From: Escherichia phage UE-S5b
Sequence record: PP301341.1
DNA: 64,000 bases
Strand: one strand, 5' to 3'
Position numbers and translations under genes: made by a program
Part shown: one piece after another, positions 20,475-32,500 of the stretch
Layout: each line of letters starts with the position of its first letter
Position numbering within the stretch: position 1 is the first letter of the stretch
The notes under the pieces: model-generated
Seen by the model: the letters and a program-made list of their open reading frames with translations, nothing else
Told to the model about the DNA's origin: nothing
The model's database searches: none

Positions 20475-20512
20475 TCACTGGGGTAACTCCGTGGGCCGTT
20501 TCTTTTTGAACC
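20475..20512 (+). terminator. putative rho-independent terminator
   Basis: GGCTCAC...GTGGGCC stem (one G-U pair) followed by GTTTCTTTTTG. Confidence 0.45.
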
Positions 20513-20519
20513 AAGAGGA

Positions 20520-21362
20520 ATGATTATGTCTTGTTCTGCTGAGGTAGAAGCTAACCGACTCCTAGAAGAGTTAACTAAGGGTGATGACTTTACCCTTCCT
20601 GATGTTGATATGACTGGCCCCGAATGGGATATCCCTGGTGGGGATGCTTCCCCAATCTTTGGTGCTATTGATAAAATATCCAATGAATCACTCACTACCC
20701 GTGAAGTTGGTGGTAGTGGTACGTTTGATGCATTAATGGAATCTGCACACAATCATCTGAAAGCTGAGTTTAAAGCTAACCGTATTACCGGTGGTGAATA
20801 TACCAAAGCATACATTGCTATGATGGAATCTTGCATGAGCAATGCTGTTCAGTTCTTACTTGGTCGTGACCAGGCATACTGGGCTGCTGCTATGGCACAG
20901 ATTCAGGCAGTTACTGCTCGTGTTCAACTGGCAACGTCTAAAGCACAGTTTGTGCTGGCTAAGATTCAGGCACTGTCTGCTAAGAGTGAGTATGCTCTTA
21001 CTAAGATGAAGATTGCTACTGAGTCTGAAACATACTGTGCTGCATTGTTTAATGTTAGTCAGATGTTACCTCAACAGCTTAAATTGCTTACTGAGCAGAC
21101 TGAAGCACAACGTGCACAGACACTTGATACCCGTAGTGATGGAGCTACTGTTACTGGTTCTGTAGGTAAACAGAAAGAGTTGTACTCACAACAGATTACT
21201 TCTTATCAACGTGATGCAGAGGTTAAAGCATCTAAGCTGTTTACTGATGCATGGATTACTCAGAAGACTATTGATGAAGGCTTGAATCCACCAAATGGTT
21301 TCACTAACGCAAGTATTGACACCATTCTGACCAAGCTGAAGTCTAACAACGGGCTGAACTAA
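20520..21362 (+). CDS. internal virion protein (unknown function)
   Basis: 280-aa ORF, Ala/Gln-rich helical repeats, GGAA RBS. Confidence 0.5.
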   Translation: MIMSCSAEVEANRLLEELTKGDDFTLPDVDMTGPEWDIPGGDASPIFGAIDKISNESLTTREVGGSGTFDALMESAHNHLKAEFKANRITGGEYTKAYIAMMESCMSNAVQFLLGRDQAYWAAAMAQIQAVTARVQLATSKAQFVLAKIQALSAKSEYALTKMKIATESETYCAALFNVSQMLPQQLKLLTEQTEAQRAQTLDTRSDGATVTGSVGKQKELYSQQITSYQRDAEVKASKLFTDAWITQKTIDEGLNPPNGFTNASIDTILTKLKSNNGLN

Positions 21363-21363
21363 T

Positions 21364-24018
21364 ATGGGCTTATTCAGTGGGAAGACCAAAGTATACGTAG
21401 CATCCTCTGTCTATAACATGGCAGGGGATATACATAAACGCCCTAACTATATGAAGACTGTAGTTATAGGTAATATTGTTTCCAATACAGGATTCACTAT
21501 GGCAGATACTATCTCTGATAGTTATCTGAATGGGCCAGGTATTCGTATGCGACTGTTCTCCAGCTGGAGTAAGAACCACTATGATTCAGTAGTTGGTATG
21601 GCTGGTTCTTCATTGGGTGTATTGGCTAAGATTGACCCTACCGTTATAGAGGGTCAAATTACACCCCCTGCTGGTGAATCAGTCTATGTTCAGGCAGCAG
21701 AGATTGGCTTTGCTGACTTTGAGCAATGGTGTGACCAGTATCTTTATGAGAATGCTCCAAGTCGAATCATGGAACGATTCGACATAGATATTGATGAAGA
21801 TACTAATGAAATCACTATGACCTCCTTAGATGGGGGCTCTACTATTACATTCACACCTACTAACTTTGAACCAGGTGCTTTATATCTCTATGCTGATTAC
21901 TCATTCTATAAGNCCCCTTCTACTAATCCTCCGGTAGTAGGACCGACTACTGTCTATGATGATGAGGATGACTTACCTTCCACTTTGTTATGGACTACCG
22001 TCTCAAGTGATACGACGGCTAACACAACCAATCTTACTAAGACTATACATACTCATTCTGTTTACTCTGATGGCAGACCGGATGAAGACAGTACTGTCAC
22101 AGAACCAAGTGTGGATAACTGGAACTCTTACGTTAAAGTTTATCGTAGAGGATTCACTGAGAAACCTGATGATGTGACTGTAGTTGTATCTGACAGGGTA
22201 ATGACTCATACAAAATTTGGTGAGATTCAATCCAGTACTTCTGTAACTACTAATGTGGTTGATATAGGTGGAGGTGTTACTCGTACAGATACAATCACTA
22301 CAACCACAGAGACACTGGTTCGTAAGTACTCATCCCAGACTACCCGTACTGATACCGAGATGACTGCTGTTAGTACACCTAAAATGCTTATTTATAAGCA
22401 GAACTCCGGTAACGTTGCACTGGATTCTTTGTTCGAGACTGAAGCTACTGATAACCGATTCTACCCATTCATTCCAATCAGAAATGATAAGCAATGGGTA
22501 GAGAATGACCCAATCTACCCACACTGTAAGAAAGCCCTTTATAAAGCTACTGGTGGAAAAATTGATAAAGTAGTCACAGAGCTTAAGAAGAATGATGACA
22601 TAGGTGATATTCAGTACATCTATGGTTCATTTGGTGTATCCCTTAATACCCCCGAGGATAGTGCTAAGGAATACATCTATCGTTTCTTTCAGATGGCTAC
22701 TGAAGCATTCCCACCTGACCCAACCTACCCAACACTGGAAGCAGTGATTGCAGGCTATCAGGCAGCAAATGATGCAGTTGACGCATATGTGGAATGGTGG
22801 AACAGGACTGAAGGGCATATTATTGGAACACCTCCACCACTGCCAGAATACCCAGTTATACCTAAGCGAGAGTTTAGGGTGCATAGTAATAAGCAGTACA
22901 AGTACGACATGACTATTGGCTGGAACTATGTATCTGAAACTACCCATTCAGGTCAAGCATGGTCTGGTGCTAAGCAGGGGCAACTTCGAGCCAGGTATGC
23001 AGGAGATATAACCCTTACTCGTAAGAACATAAGGACAGCTTCCAACTCCGGTTCTGCTAAGAAACTTGAGGTAACATACACATTCTATTCAATGCAGGAA
23101 TACGAGTTGCTTTGGCAGGATGGTAATAATACCTATCGTAAACTTAGAGTACTGGGTCTAAATCACAACAACAGGGTATATAAAAATAAGTCAGTGCACA
23201 TTGATGTTGCCGAAGCAATGGGTGATGCAGAGGAGAGTGGATTCATTATTCCACTGCACACCAATATCTACCGTTCAATGCCACTGGTTCGTAGCACTCA
23301 GTTATCCACTGCCTGCTCCTACTTAGTGATGAACTCATATAAGAAGGTTAAGCAGAAGTGGTATCAGACTGGGGCATTTAAAATTGTTGTTGTAGTGGTA
23401 GCTGTAGTTGTCTCTGTATTTACAGCAGGTGCTGGTGGTGCAGGTATACTTGGGGCATACGGTGCAGTCGGTGCATCACTTGGTTTTGTTGGATTAGCTG
23501 CTGTAATAGTTGGTGCTGTAGCAAACGCCATAGCTGCAATGATTCTGGTATCCATTATTACTAAAGTATCTACTTCACTGTTCGGTGATAAGCTAGGTTT
23601 TATCATTGCTGCTATTGCCTCAATGGTAGCCATGAACGTTGGTACTGCTTTGTCTACTGGTACATCCTTATCCTCTTTAGCTGGTGAAATGATGAATGCT
23701 CAAAACATCATGCAACTTACCAGTTCAGTGGGTAATGGCATTAGTCAGTATATTAATGCATCCACGGCTGCTACTATTCAGAAAGCAGAGAGTGTAATGC
23801 AGCAGTACAATACTGATATGATGGCAATCAATAAGCAGTATGAAGAGATGTTCGGTACTGCTGGACAGGGTGTGATTGACCCCATGCAATTCGTGTCAAT
23901 GGAGTCGTTGGATTCATTCTTGTCACGTACTCTCATGACTGGTTCAGATATAGCTGACTTGTCTTTAGACATGGTTGGCAACTACTCTGATATGACTCTT
24001 AATACTGACCTTGTTTAA
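21364..24018 (+). CDS. large internal virion protein with a C-terminal cluster of transmembrane-like helices (candidate ejection-channel protein)
   Basis: 884 aa; residues ~680-760 strongly hydrophobic (FKIVVVVVAVVVSVFTAGAGGAGILGAYGAVGASLGFVGLAAVIVGAV...). Confidence 0.55.
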   Translation: MGLFSGKTKVYVASSVYNMAGDIHKRPNYMKTVVIGNIVSNTGFTMADTISDSYLNGPGIRMRLFSSWSKNHYDSVVGMAGSSLGVLAKIDPTVIEGQITPPAGESVYVQAAEIGFADFEQWCDQYLYENAPSRIMERFDIDIDEDTNEITMTSLDGGSTITFTPTNFEPGALYLYADYSFYKXPSTNPPVVGPTTVYDDEDDLPSTLLWTTVSSDTTANTTNLTKTIHTHSVYSDGRPDEDSTVTEPSVDNWNSYVKVYRRGFTEKPDDVTVVVSDRVMTHTKFGEIQSSTSVTTNVVDIGGGVTRTDTITTTTETLVRKYSSQTTRTDTEMTAVSTPKMLIYKQNSGNVALDSLFETEATDNRFYPFIPIRNDKQWVENDPIYPHCKKALYKATGGKIDKVVTELKKNDDIGDIQYIYGSFGVSLNTPEDSAKEYIYRFFQMATEAFPPDPTYPTLEAVIAGYQAANDAVDAYVEWWNRTEGHIIGTPPPLPEYPVIPKREFRVHSNKQYKYDMTIGWNYVSETTHSGQAWSGAKQGQLRARYAGDITLTRKNIRTASNSGSAKKLEVTYTFYSMQEYELLWQDGNNTYRKLRVLGLNHNNRVYKNKSVHIDVAEAMGDAEESGFIIPLHTNIYRSMPLVRSTQLSTACSYLVMNSYKKVKQKWYQTGAFKIVVVVVAVVVSVFTAGAGGAGILGAYGAVGASLGFVGLAAVIVGAVANAIAAMILVSIITKVSTSLFGDKLGFIIAAIASMVAMNVGTALSTGTSLSSLAGEMMNAQNIMQLTSSVGNGISQYINASTAATIQKAESVMQQYNTDMMAINKQYEEMFGTAGQGVIDPMQFVSMESLDSFLSRTLMTGSDIADLSLDMVGNYSDMTLNTDLV

Positions 24019-24475
24019 CAGGAGAATCCCCATGGATTTGTCATTCTTAACAGGCAACCCAACTCCACAGCCAGCTGCTATGTCTTGGATGTCTAATAAC
24101 AATCAGAACTTTAATACCCCGGCTATGAACTATAACCCAGGTGCAACTATTGGTATGGGGGCAAATACAGGAGTAGCCTCCCCTACTTCTTTCCTGTCTG
24201 GTTCAGCTGATCAGTTGGGATTGAATGTACCTACCTTCCAATTAGGACTGGGTGCACTTGGTTCATTAGCTAATATCTACAGTGGTTTCCAGGCTAATAA
24301 GTTAGCCAAAGACCAGTTGAACTTTACTAAGAGTGTTACTAACACTAACCTGAATAACCAGATTAAGTCTTATAACACTGCACTGGAAGATCGTGCTCGT
24401 AGCCGTGCTACAGCAGAGAACCGTGACCAGTCTACTGCTGATGCTTATATTGCAGCTAATAAATTAACCCGTTAA
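24011..24475 (+). CDS. virion protein (unknown function)
   Basis: 154-aa ORF overlapping the upstream stop. Confidence 0.45.
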   Translation: MFNRRIPMDLSFLTGNPTPQPAAMSWMSNNNQNFNTPAMNYNPGATIGMGANTGVASPTSFLSGSADQLGLNVPTFQLGLGALGSLANIYSGFQANKLAKDQLNFTKSVTNTNLNNQIKSYNTALEDRARSRATAENRDQSTADAYIAANKLTR

Positions 24476-24487
24476 TAGGAAACCATC

Positions 24488-26452
24488 ATGGCTCAAATTA
24501 CATGGCGTAATGTTGATGCACCTAACTTCTCTGGAGTAGGTGACAGCATTCGCACATTTGGTAGCATGATAGGTAACGCCACCTCCGGCTTAAGTGATGC
24601 ACTGGGTAATTTCCAGAACGCTGCCAAGCAGGAGGCTGGCAATGCCGTCATGATGAATGCTATGCAGTATCAAGATCCTACTGAGTACCGTAATGCTTTG
24701 GCATCAGGTGCACTGTTTCAGGGGGTTGACCCTTCATTGGTAAACCAGCGTACTCTCCAGAATCTGGATGAGCGAGCAGGTACACTGCTGACTCAACAAG
24801 GACAGCAGGGAACCAATGACTACATTGCATATCGCTTTGGTCGCTTAAAGGATATTAACTCAGCACTAGATAATGCTTCTCCGGCTATTCGTTTATTGTC
24901 TGAGGCTTATCAGTCTGGTGACCAGAATCGTATTAATACTGCATTGGGTCAGACTCGTGAGGCATTATCTACGCTCCCAGCTGACCAACAGTTAGAATTG
25001 TTAGGTAGTTTACAAGGACAGGGTAGTGCTGCTATTAATCAGGCGAGCAATCGTTTTGATTTGGGTGTTGCTCAACGTAATGATGCCGATAGTCAGGCAG
25101 CTATGGGTGTAATGGCACAGATTACCCGTGGTGCTGAGAACCCTAATGATGCCCGTCTGTTGGCAGAAGCATACAGTAAGAACCTGTCTCCAGTTGCACA
25201 GGCACGCTTGCAGGGATTACTGGCTAATGCTTACCCGGGTGTTTACGGTAATGGTGTAGGTGCTACGTCTGCTCCTGGTACTGCTGGTACTCGTCAGGGT
25301 TCACCTTACGATGTTACTTATCAGTTTGCTGGTACATCTACTCCTATTACTCAAATGAGTATTGGTGATGTAATTAAACACCAGGATGGTATGAAATCGA
25401 ACCAGGGTGCTTCCCCTGTTGGTGCATTCCAGATTAACCAAGCTACCTTGAAAGACTTTGCCCCCAAAGTTCTTGGTTCAGATTGGCAGAACCAACCTCT
25501 TTCCCCTGAGAACCAGGAGAAGATTGGTAAGGCTATTTTTGAGGCTCGTAAGAATGGTAACCTTAAAGATACCTGGGCTGCTCTTCCTAACTCTACCCCA
25601 GGTGCTTATAAGGATATGACTTGGGAACAGATTAAACCTGTTATTGCCCAAGCTGAAGTAGGGGCTGACCCATTCGCTCTGATTCAGAATAATCAAGGAA
25701 ATCAGGCAGTATCCACTCTGGCTCAGGGTATGATTGGTACTCGTTCTATGCAGGATAATACCGGTAGTCTTAATACTGACTTCCTTGGTACTGTCACTGA
25801 TAATACTCCAGTAGGTGAAATTGCTAACCGTCTATTAGATGGTGACTTTAAAGGTGCTGACCGTAACTGGGTACTGAACCGACTAACTGATATTTCTCAA
25901 CGTGGAAATATGTCACCAGCTATGGCTGCTGCTGTTATGCAGCGTGCACAGACTGGTGTACCGGAAGGTTACATTAGCCGTGCTATTGATGCAGTTAACC
26001 CATTCATTACCAACGAAGCCGGTAATGGTATGCGTCTTAATGACCGTTTGGTAGATCAGTTAATTGAGGGTGTACAACGTGGTGAACCACTGGAAGGCAG
26101 TGTGCGTAATCTTGGACGTGCTCAAGCTATGCAGAACATTCAGGCAGCACAGACTGCTTATGATGCTGCTGTAGCTGCACTGACAAATACTCAGAACAAG
26201 ATTAACACCGGACAAACAGGACTTACTGCATTGTTACCTGCACGTCAGGAAGCTGTTACTAAAGCTGCTGCAATGCTTCAAGCTGCACAAGCCCAAGTGC
26301 AAGCAGACCCAGCTAACCTGGCTCCAAGAGGTTTTCGGTCACAGGNTAGTGTGGACAGAGCACGAGCCAAGGAAGATGAAGAACGTGCTGCACGTTANCT
26401 ACGTCAGGCACANGGTTTGCCTGAGTATATGCAACCNAGACAAAATCGGTAA
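24488..26452 (+). CDS. internal virion protein, possibly with a muralytic-like domain
   Basis: 654 aa; low-complexity Q/A/N-rich N-terminal half; central segment ...GASPVGAFQINQATL... loosely resembles GxxQ motifs of transglycosylase-like folds (weak). Confidence 0.5.
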   Translation: MAQITWRNVDAPNFSGVGDSIRTFGSMIGNATSGLSDALGNFQNAAKQEAGNAVMMNAMQYQDPTEYRNALASGALFQGVDPSLVNQRTLQNLDERAGTLLTQQGQQGTNDYIAYRFGRLKDINSALDNASPAIRLLSEAYQSGDQNRINTALGQTREALSTLPADQQLELLGSLQGQGSAAINQASNRFDLGVAQRNDADSQAAMGVMAQITRGAENPNDARLLAEAYSKNLSPVAQARLQGLLANAYPGVYGNGVGATSAPGTAGTRQGSPYDVTYQFAGTSTPITQMSIGDVIKHQDGMKSNQGASPVGAFQINQATLKDFAPKVLGSDWQNQPLSPENQEKIGKAIFEARKNGNLKDTWAALPNSTPGAYKDMTWEQIKPVIAQAEVGADPFALIQNNQGNQAVSTLAQGMIGTRSMQDNTGSLNTDFLGTVTDNTPVGEIANRLLDGDFKGADRNWVLNRLTDISQRGNMSPAMAAAVMQRAQTGVPEGYISRAIDAVNPFITNEAGNGMRLNDRLVDQLIEGVQRGEPLEGSVRNLGRAQAMQNIQAAQTAYDAAVAALTNTQNKINTGQTGLTALLPARQEAVTKAAAMLQAAQAQVQADPANLAPRGFRSQXSVDRARAKEDEERAARXLRQAXGLPEYMQXRQNR

Positions 26453-26457
26453 TACTA

Positions 26458-26482
26458 ANAAAAGCCCTTCGGGGCTTTTTTC
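26458..26482 (+). terminator. rho-independent terminator
   Basis: AAAAGCCC-ttcg-GGGCTTTTTTC immediately after the stop of 24488..26452. Confidence 0.6.
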
Positions 26483-26528
26483 TTACACAGGCTTACTGTA
26501 GAGTAAGCTTCCTATATACGATATAAGT

Positions 26529-29500
26529 TTGAACAGGAAACATGCTATGTCAACATTTGACCGTCTGGCAGGTTTCGCAGACAGCATCACTAATGCTAAG
26601 CAAGTCGATGTCTCTACTGCAACCTCTCAGAAGCAAGCTGCACAAGGGCAAAGCCCTTCCCAATTAACCCCAGAGAATGCTTACAATCTCCAAACTGGTC
26701 GTGTAGGTAATCTTGGAATCGGTGCATTCGAACCAGGTTCACTTCAGGCAGATTTCACGCAAGCCTCCCCATTAGAAATTCTTAATAAATACGGTAATGA
26801 GCAAGGTCTACAGATTCTTAATAGCCGGGCTAATGCTGCTGATGCTGTACGTCAGGACTTATCTAAACAACGTACTAACGCAGAAGCATTTGGTGATACT
26901 CTTTCTGGTGTTGGTCTTGGTGTTGCTAATACCCTTGGGGGCATTGCTGCTCTTGGCACAGGTCTGGTCAATGATAATGCCGGGGCATCCATTGCTTCCG
27001 GTATGGATTGGCTGAATGAAGGGGTACACAATCTACAGTCTGATGCTCTGAATGCTACCCGTAAGGTTGTTCAGAATCAGAACCAGATTTCTGCACAAAA
27101 GAACCAGAAACTCTACGAAGAAGACATTAAAAATGGAGAGAGCAGTTTGGTTGCCTCTCTGTCTCGTATTGGTCGTGATGCTTTTGATTCTGTTGCTAAT
27201 ACGCTTGATAATGGTATGGCTGCTACTGATGGGCTGAGTGAAGGTGTTGGTTCTCTCTTTACCGGTGGTCCATTAATTCGTGGTGTATCTGCACTCGGTA
27301 AAGTAATGGTAGGTGGTGATAAAGCTGTTAAGGGTATTACCTTAGCTGCTGAGTTAGGTTCACGTCCTGCACAGGTTGCATTGTCTGCTGGTCGTGTTGC
27401 TGCACCTGCTATTGCAATTGGTGGTATGGAAGCTGGTGGTGCATACCAACAGACTGCTTCCGAAATCATGAAGATGTCCCATCAAGAATTGGCAAGTAAG
27501 TCTCCTGTTTATCAACAGCATATCGCTGATGGTTTATCTCCTGATGAAGCACGTCGCCAAACTGCATCTGAAACGGGTATCATTGCTGCTGGCTTAACTG
27601 CTCCGGTTGCTGCTGCTACTGGTCCTCTGGTATCCAAATTTGAACTTAACCCACTTAAGGTAGGTTCGCTGGCTGGTGCTGGTTCTAACATGCTACGTGA
27701 AACAGTAGAAGAAGGTATTCAGTCTGGTACAAGTCAGTTTGCACAGAACAAGGCAATTCAGGGTAATGTAGATGCTAAGCGTGATTTGCTTAAAGGTGTC
27801 GGTGAGCAAGCAGGTCTTGGTGCACTCTACGGCTTCGGTAGTGCTGGTGTTGCTCAGGCTCCAGGTACAACTGTTAAAGCTGTTGGTGCTTCTGCTGGGC
27901 CTGCTTTACGTACTACTCTGGCTGGTGCTTCTCTGGTTGGTAGTGCATTAGCAAAAGCTGCCTCTCCTATTACTAACATCCTGGTTCAGCGTGGCGAAGA
28001 AGTTGCTAAGCGTAATGAACAAGCTTCCCCTGTATCTGATGCTACGGTTAATGCTGCTGCACAAGAAGCTACTGCTCAAGCAGAACAAGCACAAGCAACT
28101 GTACAAGAAGCAGTAGATGCAATGGATATTTCTCCTGAAGAGAAAGCTGCTGCTACTCAGTATGCTGCTGACTTAACTCAGGCAATGAAATTTGACCCAG
28201 TAGAACTGGAACAAGCTAACCCAGCAATCCGTGAAGCTGTTTCTGGTTCCACTAACCGTGTTGAAGCTATTCAGAAGATGGCTGACCTGGTTAATACTGC
28301 CGAAGACCCTAACGTTCAAATGGAAGCTGCAATCCAGATGTATGACAACATCATGTCTATGGATAGCTTCATTAACCGTGATCCTGGTGCTTTAGCTAAT
28401 CTGGAACAGGGTTCTCCTGCTGCTAATATTGTTGACCAGTTCTCCGGCCTGATGGCTAACGTTCAGAATACACCAAAGGTACTTCGTGCATTCCGTGCCA
28501 TCCATTCTATGATTCAGGAACAGGCTGAAGCAGGTAAACTGAAAGCTACCGAAGAAGCTAACCAAGCCCAAGCAAACAACATTGCTATGGCTGCTGATAT
28601 GTCTCCAGAAGTACTGGATGCAGACTCAGTGAACATGGTTCTGAAACATGCAAGTGAAGGTAAGATTACACTGGGGAATCGTCAGCGTGCTGCCCTGCAA
28701 TCTGCTGCTGCTCTATTGCAAGGAGCACGAGAATTTGACGCTAAAGCAGAAGAACTAGGCTTACGTCCTCAAGACATTGTTAGTAAACAGATTAAAACCG
28801 ACGAGTCTCGTTCTAATGAAGGTCAGTACTCTGCGTTGCAACATGCTAAACGCATTCGTTCTGCGTACAACTCTGGTAACTTCGATTTGGCTTCCGCTTA
28901 CCTCGACGACTTTATGAAGTTCGCCCAGCACATGCAGAATAAGGTCGGAGCGTTGAATGAGCATCTGATTTCTGGGAATGCGGATAAGAATAAGTCTGTC
29001 CATTATCAGGCTCTTACTCCCTCCCGTGAATGGGTACGTAGTCGTACTGGTCTTGGTGTCAATCCGTATGATACCAAGTCGGTTAAGTTTGCCCAGCAAG
29101 TAGGACTGGAGGCCAAAACCGTAGCTGATATTGCTAACGCACTTGCTACGGCTTACCCGGAGCTTAATGTTTCTCATGTGAAGGTTACTCCATTAGATTC
29201 ACGTCTGGACAAGCCTGCTGCCCAGGTAGTTAAAGAGTTCCGTCAAGGTGGTCTTGATGCCACTCAGTCTCAACAGACCAATGAACCAGTGAATCAGGTT
29301 GATGAAACTCCTGCACCAGCGCAAGAGACTACTACTACTGTACAGCCTAAAGCTAAACCAGTGGTAGAAAATAAGACTGTTCCTGTTAAAGAGGCTAGTT
29401 CAAAAGCAGAAGAAGTCTCTACTACTAAGTCTGAAACAGTAGATGCTACCCTCACCAATGAGGATACCACTCAAAAAGTAGCTGAAACTAAAACGGAAAT

Positions 29501-32500
29501 GGAAACAGTTTTCCCTGTCTATAACAATGACAAGACACCGAACCAGTTCCTGAAATCATTTACCCTGCCGGAAGAACCTAAGTCTCGCACCATTGGTTCT
29601 GAATCCCCTTTGACTGATATTAAGCAAGCACTGTCTTCTACTGCACGCTTTGAAGCATTCACTCAAAAAGAAAATAACGCTCTCACAAGTGATGTGATTA
29701 AGCGTTATCAGGACTTAATGGGCTTTGGTGAAACTCTGAAGACTACTCTGTCTGATCGTCTGGCTAAGTTTCTTGCTAATAAGAACGTTGGTAAACGCTT
29801 TGCAGAAGGCACAGAGGCTAACCGTTGGGTAGGTGGTAAGTTACTTAATATCGTAGAGAAAGACGGAGACACCTTTAAGTTCAATGACCAGTTGTTAGAG
29901 ACTGCTGTACTTGCTGGTCTGCAATGGCGACTGACTGCTACACAGAATGCTGCTGTTAAAGACATGAAAGATGTAGCTGCTATTACTGGAGTAGAAGCAT
30001 CCTTGTTACCTGAAGGTATCCTGGCTGAATTTGAGAATGCTCAGACTCTGGTTGAAGCTACTAACTCACTGGCTCAAAAGATTGAATCTTACTGGGGATT
30101 GAATCGTAATCCTAATGCACCACTGGGTTATACCAAAGGTATTCCAATGGCAATGGCTACAGAGATTCTGTCTTCTCTCATTGAGATGGGTGAAGTTAAA
30201 GAGTCTATGCTTGATGTGTCTGAGATTGACCCAGACTCTAATAAGACCGTCGGTCTGTATACCATTGAGAAGCTGGATGATAACGATGCCATTAACAAGT
30301 TCCCTACTGCTATCGAGGAAGCTGTTCTCGTAGAACCAGAAGAGAAAATGTACTTTGGTGATGATATTCCTTCCGTGGCTCAAACTCAGTTACGTAACCC
30401 TGCTGTTAAGAATACCCCAGAGCAGAAAGCTGCTCTTAAAGCAGAACAGGCTACCGAGTTCCGTGTACACATGCCGATGGTTAACTTCTATGAAGCATTA
30501 GGTCGTGACAACATTCTGGAACTGATGGGTGCTGGTACTCTTAATCCTGAACTGCTGAACGTGAACACTGCTAAGTCACTGGAGGGTAAAAACCTGTCAG
30601 TGTCTATGGCATATGATTCCCTGTTCGGTGTAATCAACCAGTTACAGGAACAGGAGAATGGTCTGGATACGCCTATTCACTATGGTTACAACATGACCCG
30701 TGTAGGTCGTATGCAGATGTTAGGTAAGAACAACCCACAGTCCAGCAAGCTGGTTCGTGAAGCAATTCTGCCAACCTTCTCTACTATCGACTTAAGTAAT
30801 GAAAACAGTCAGACGTTCTCTGATTTCCAGTTAGGTCTGTCTCAGGCATTAGGTATCAAGGTTCATAATATGTCCCGTGAAGCTATGTCTGAAAAACTGA
30901 CCAAAGCTCTGGAAGGTAATTTGAAACCTGCTGTTGATATGATGGTTGAGTTTGATAAGTCCGGGCACTTACCAGCCGATGCAGTAGATATTCTTAAGAC
31001 ATCTCTGGGTGGTGATAAATCATTCGTAGCTCTTATGGCTCTTATGGAGTATGCCCGTTACCTGAACAGTGATGACCGTGCCAACTTTAATACCCCACTG
31101 TACGTTGAAGCCGATGGTGTAACCAACGGACCAATCAACGCAATGGTATTAATGACTGGTGGTAAGTTCACTTCAGACTGGATTAAGAATACTGCTAAAG
31201 GTGGTCTGTTCTTCGGTAAAGCTGGTAAGACTATGAATGAACATCGTTCACAGGATGACAGTGTTGACCTGTATGAAGCATCTACCAATGGTCTGCAACA
31301 AGCACTTAATGAGTTACGTACTACTTACCGTAACAACGTTCCGGTTATGAACCAAATGAATCATCTTCAGAAGTTAATGGACCTGTTTATTAAAGACTTT
31401 AACCTGAATGAAGACGGTACTCTGGACCTGAAACGTGGTATCGCTAAAAACCCACTGACCATTACCATCTATGGTTCAGGTGCTCGTGGTATTGCTGGCA
31501 AGATGGTTAGTGCAATTACTGACACCATCTATGAACGATTCAGTGATGTTCTGCAAGCTCGTGCTGCTGACCCTAGTATTTCCCCAGCTATGGCAATGTT
31601 TGGTAAGGAGGCTGCGTCTGAGGCTGATGCTCAGGCTATGCTGGATACTTTCCTTACTTCTATGGAAGCACTGACTGGTAATGTTCCAGTTATGCGTAAA
31701 GGTGAATTGTCTATTCAACAGGTAGAAGGTGCTCTGACTGGTAAGTTAGACCCTCAGAAGTTTACCGTATCGGGTAATGCCCTGAAGAACTTACAAGAGA
31801 ACATGCTTCACCTGTTCGTTGAACCAATGCGTACTGGTATCCGGAATACTGTTGGGGAAGGTCTGATGCATTCTACTGAGAACTTGCAGAAGGCTACCCA
31901 GATTCAGTCTTTGGTTCTACAAGACATGTTCCAACAAGCAGTACAGGCTAAGCTGGCAGAAAAAGAAAAAGACCCAACCTGGAAGAAGGGTGATTTCTTA
32001 ACACAGAAAGAACTGAATGAAATTCAGGAATCATTGTCTCCACTGGCTCCAATGATTGAGACTGGTTCACAGACTTTCTATATTGCTGGTAGTGAGAATA
32101 CTGATGTTGCTAACCAGGTACTGGCTACCAACTTAGATGACCGTATGCGTGTGCCAATGAGCATCTATGCTCCTTCTCAGGCAGGCGTTGCAGGTATTCC
32201 ATTTATGACCATTGGCACTGGTGATGGCATGATGATGCAGACCCTTTCTACTATGAAAGGTGCTCCGAAGAATACCCTGAAAATCTTTGATGGTATGAAC
32301 ATTGGTATCAACAACATCACTGATGCAAGTCGTAAAGCTAACGAGGCTGTATACACTTCCTGGCAGGGTAACCCTATCAAGAATGTTTATGAGTCTTTTA
32401 CTAAGTTCATGAAGAACGTAGACTTCAGCAAACTATCTGATGAAACCAAACAGGCTATCGCTAAATCTGCTCTGGAATATGACCAGCGTGAAGGTGCTAC

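Noticed and set aside
27113-27469. Antisense and alternate-frame ORFs inside the vRNAP gene (for example 27113..27469, 28761..29177, 35343..35672)
   Set aside because: All lie within the single 3456-aa reading frame; their compositions are low-complexity and they lack start contexts.
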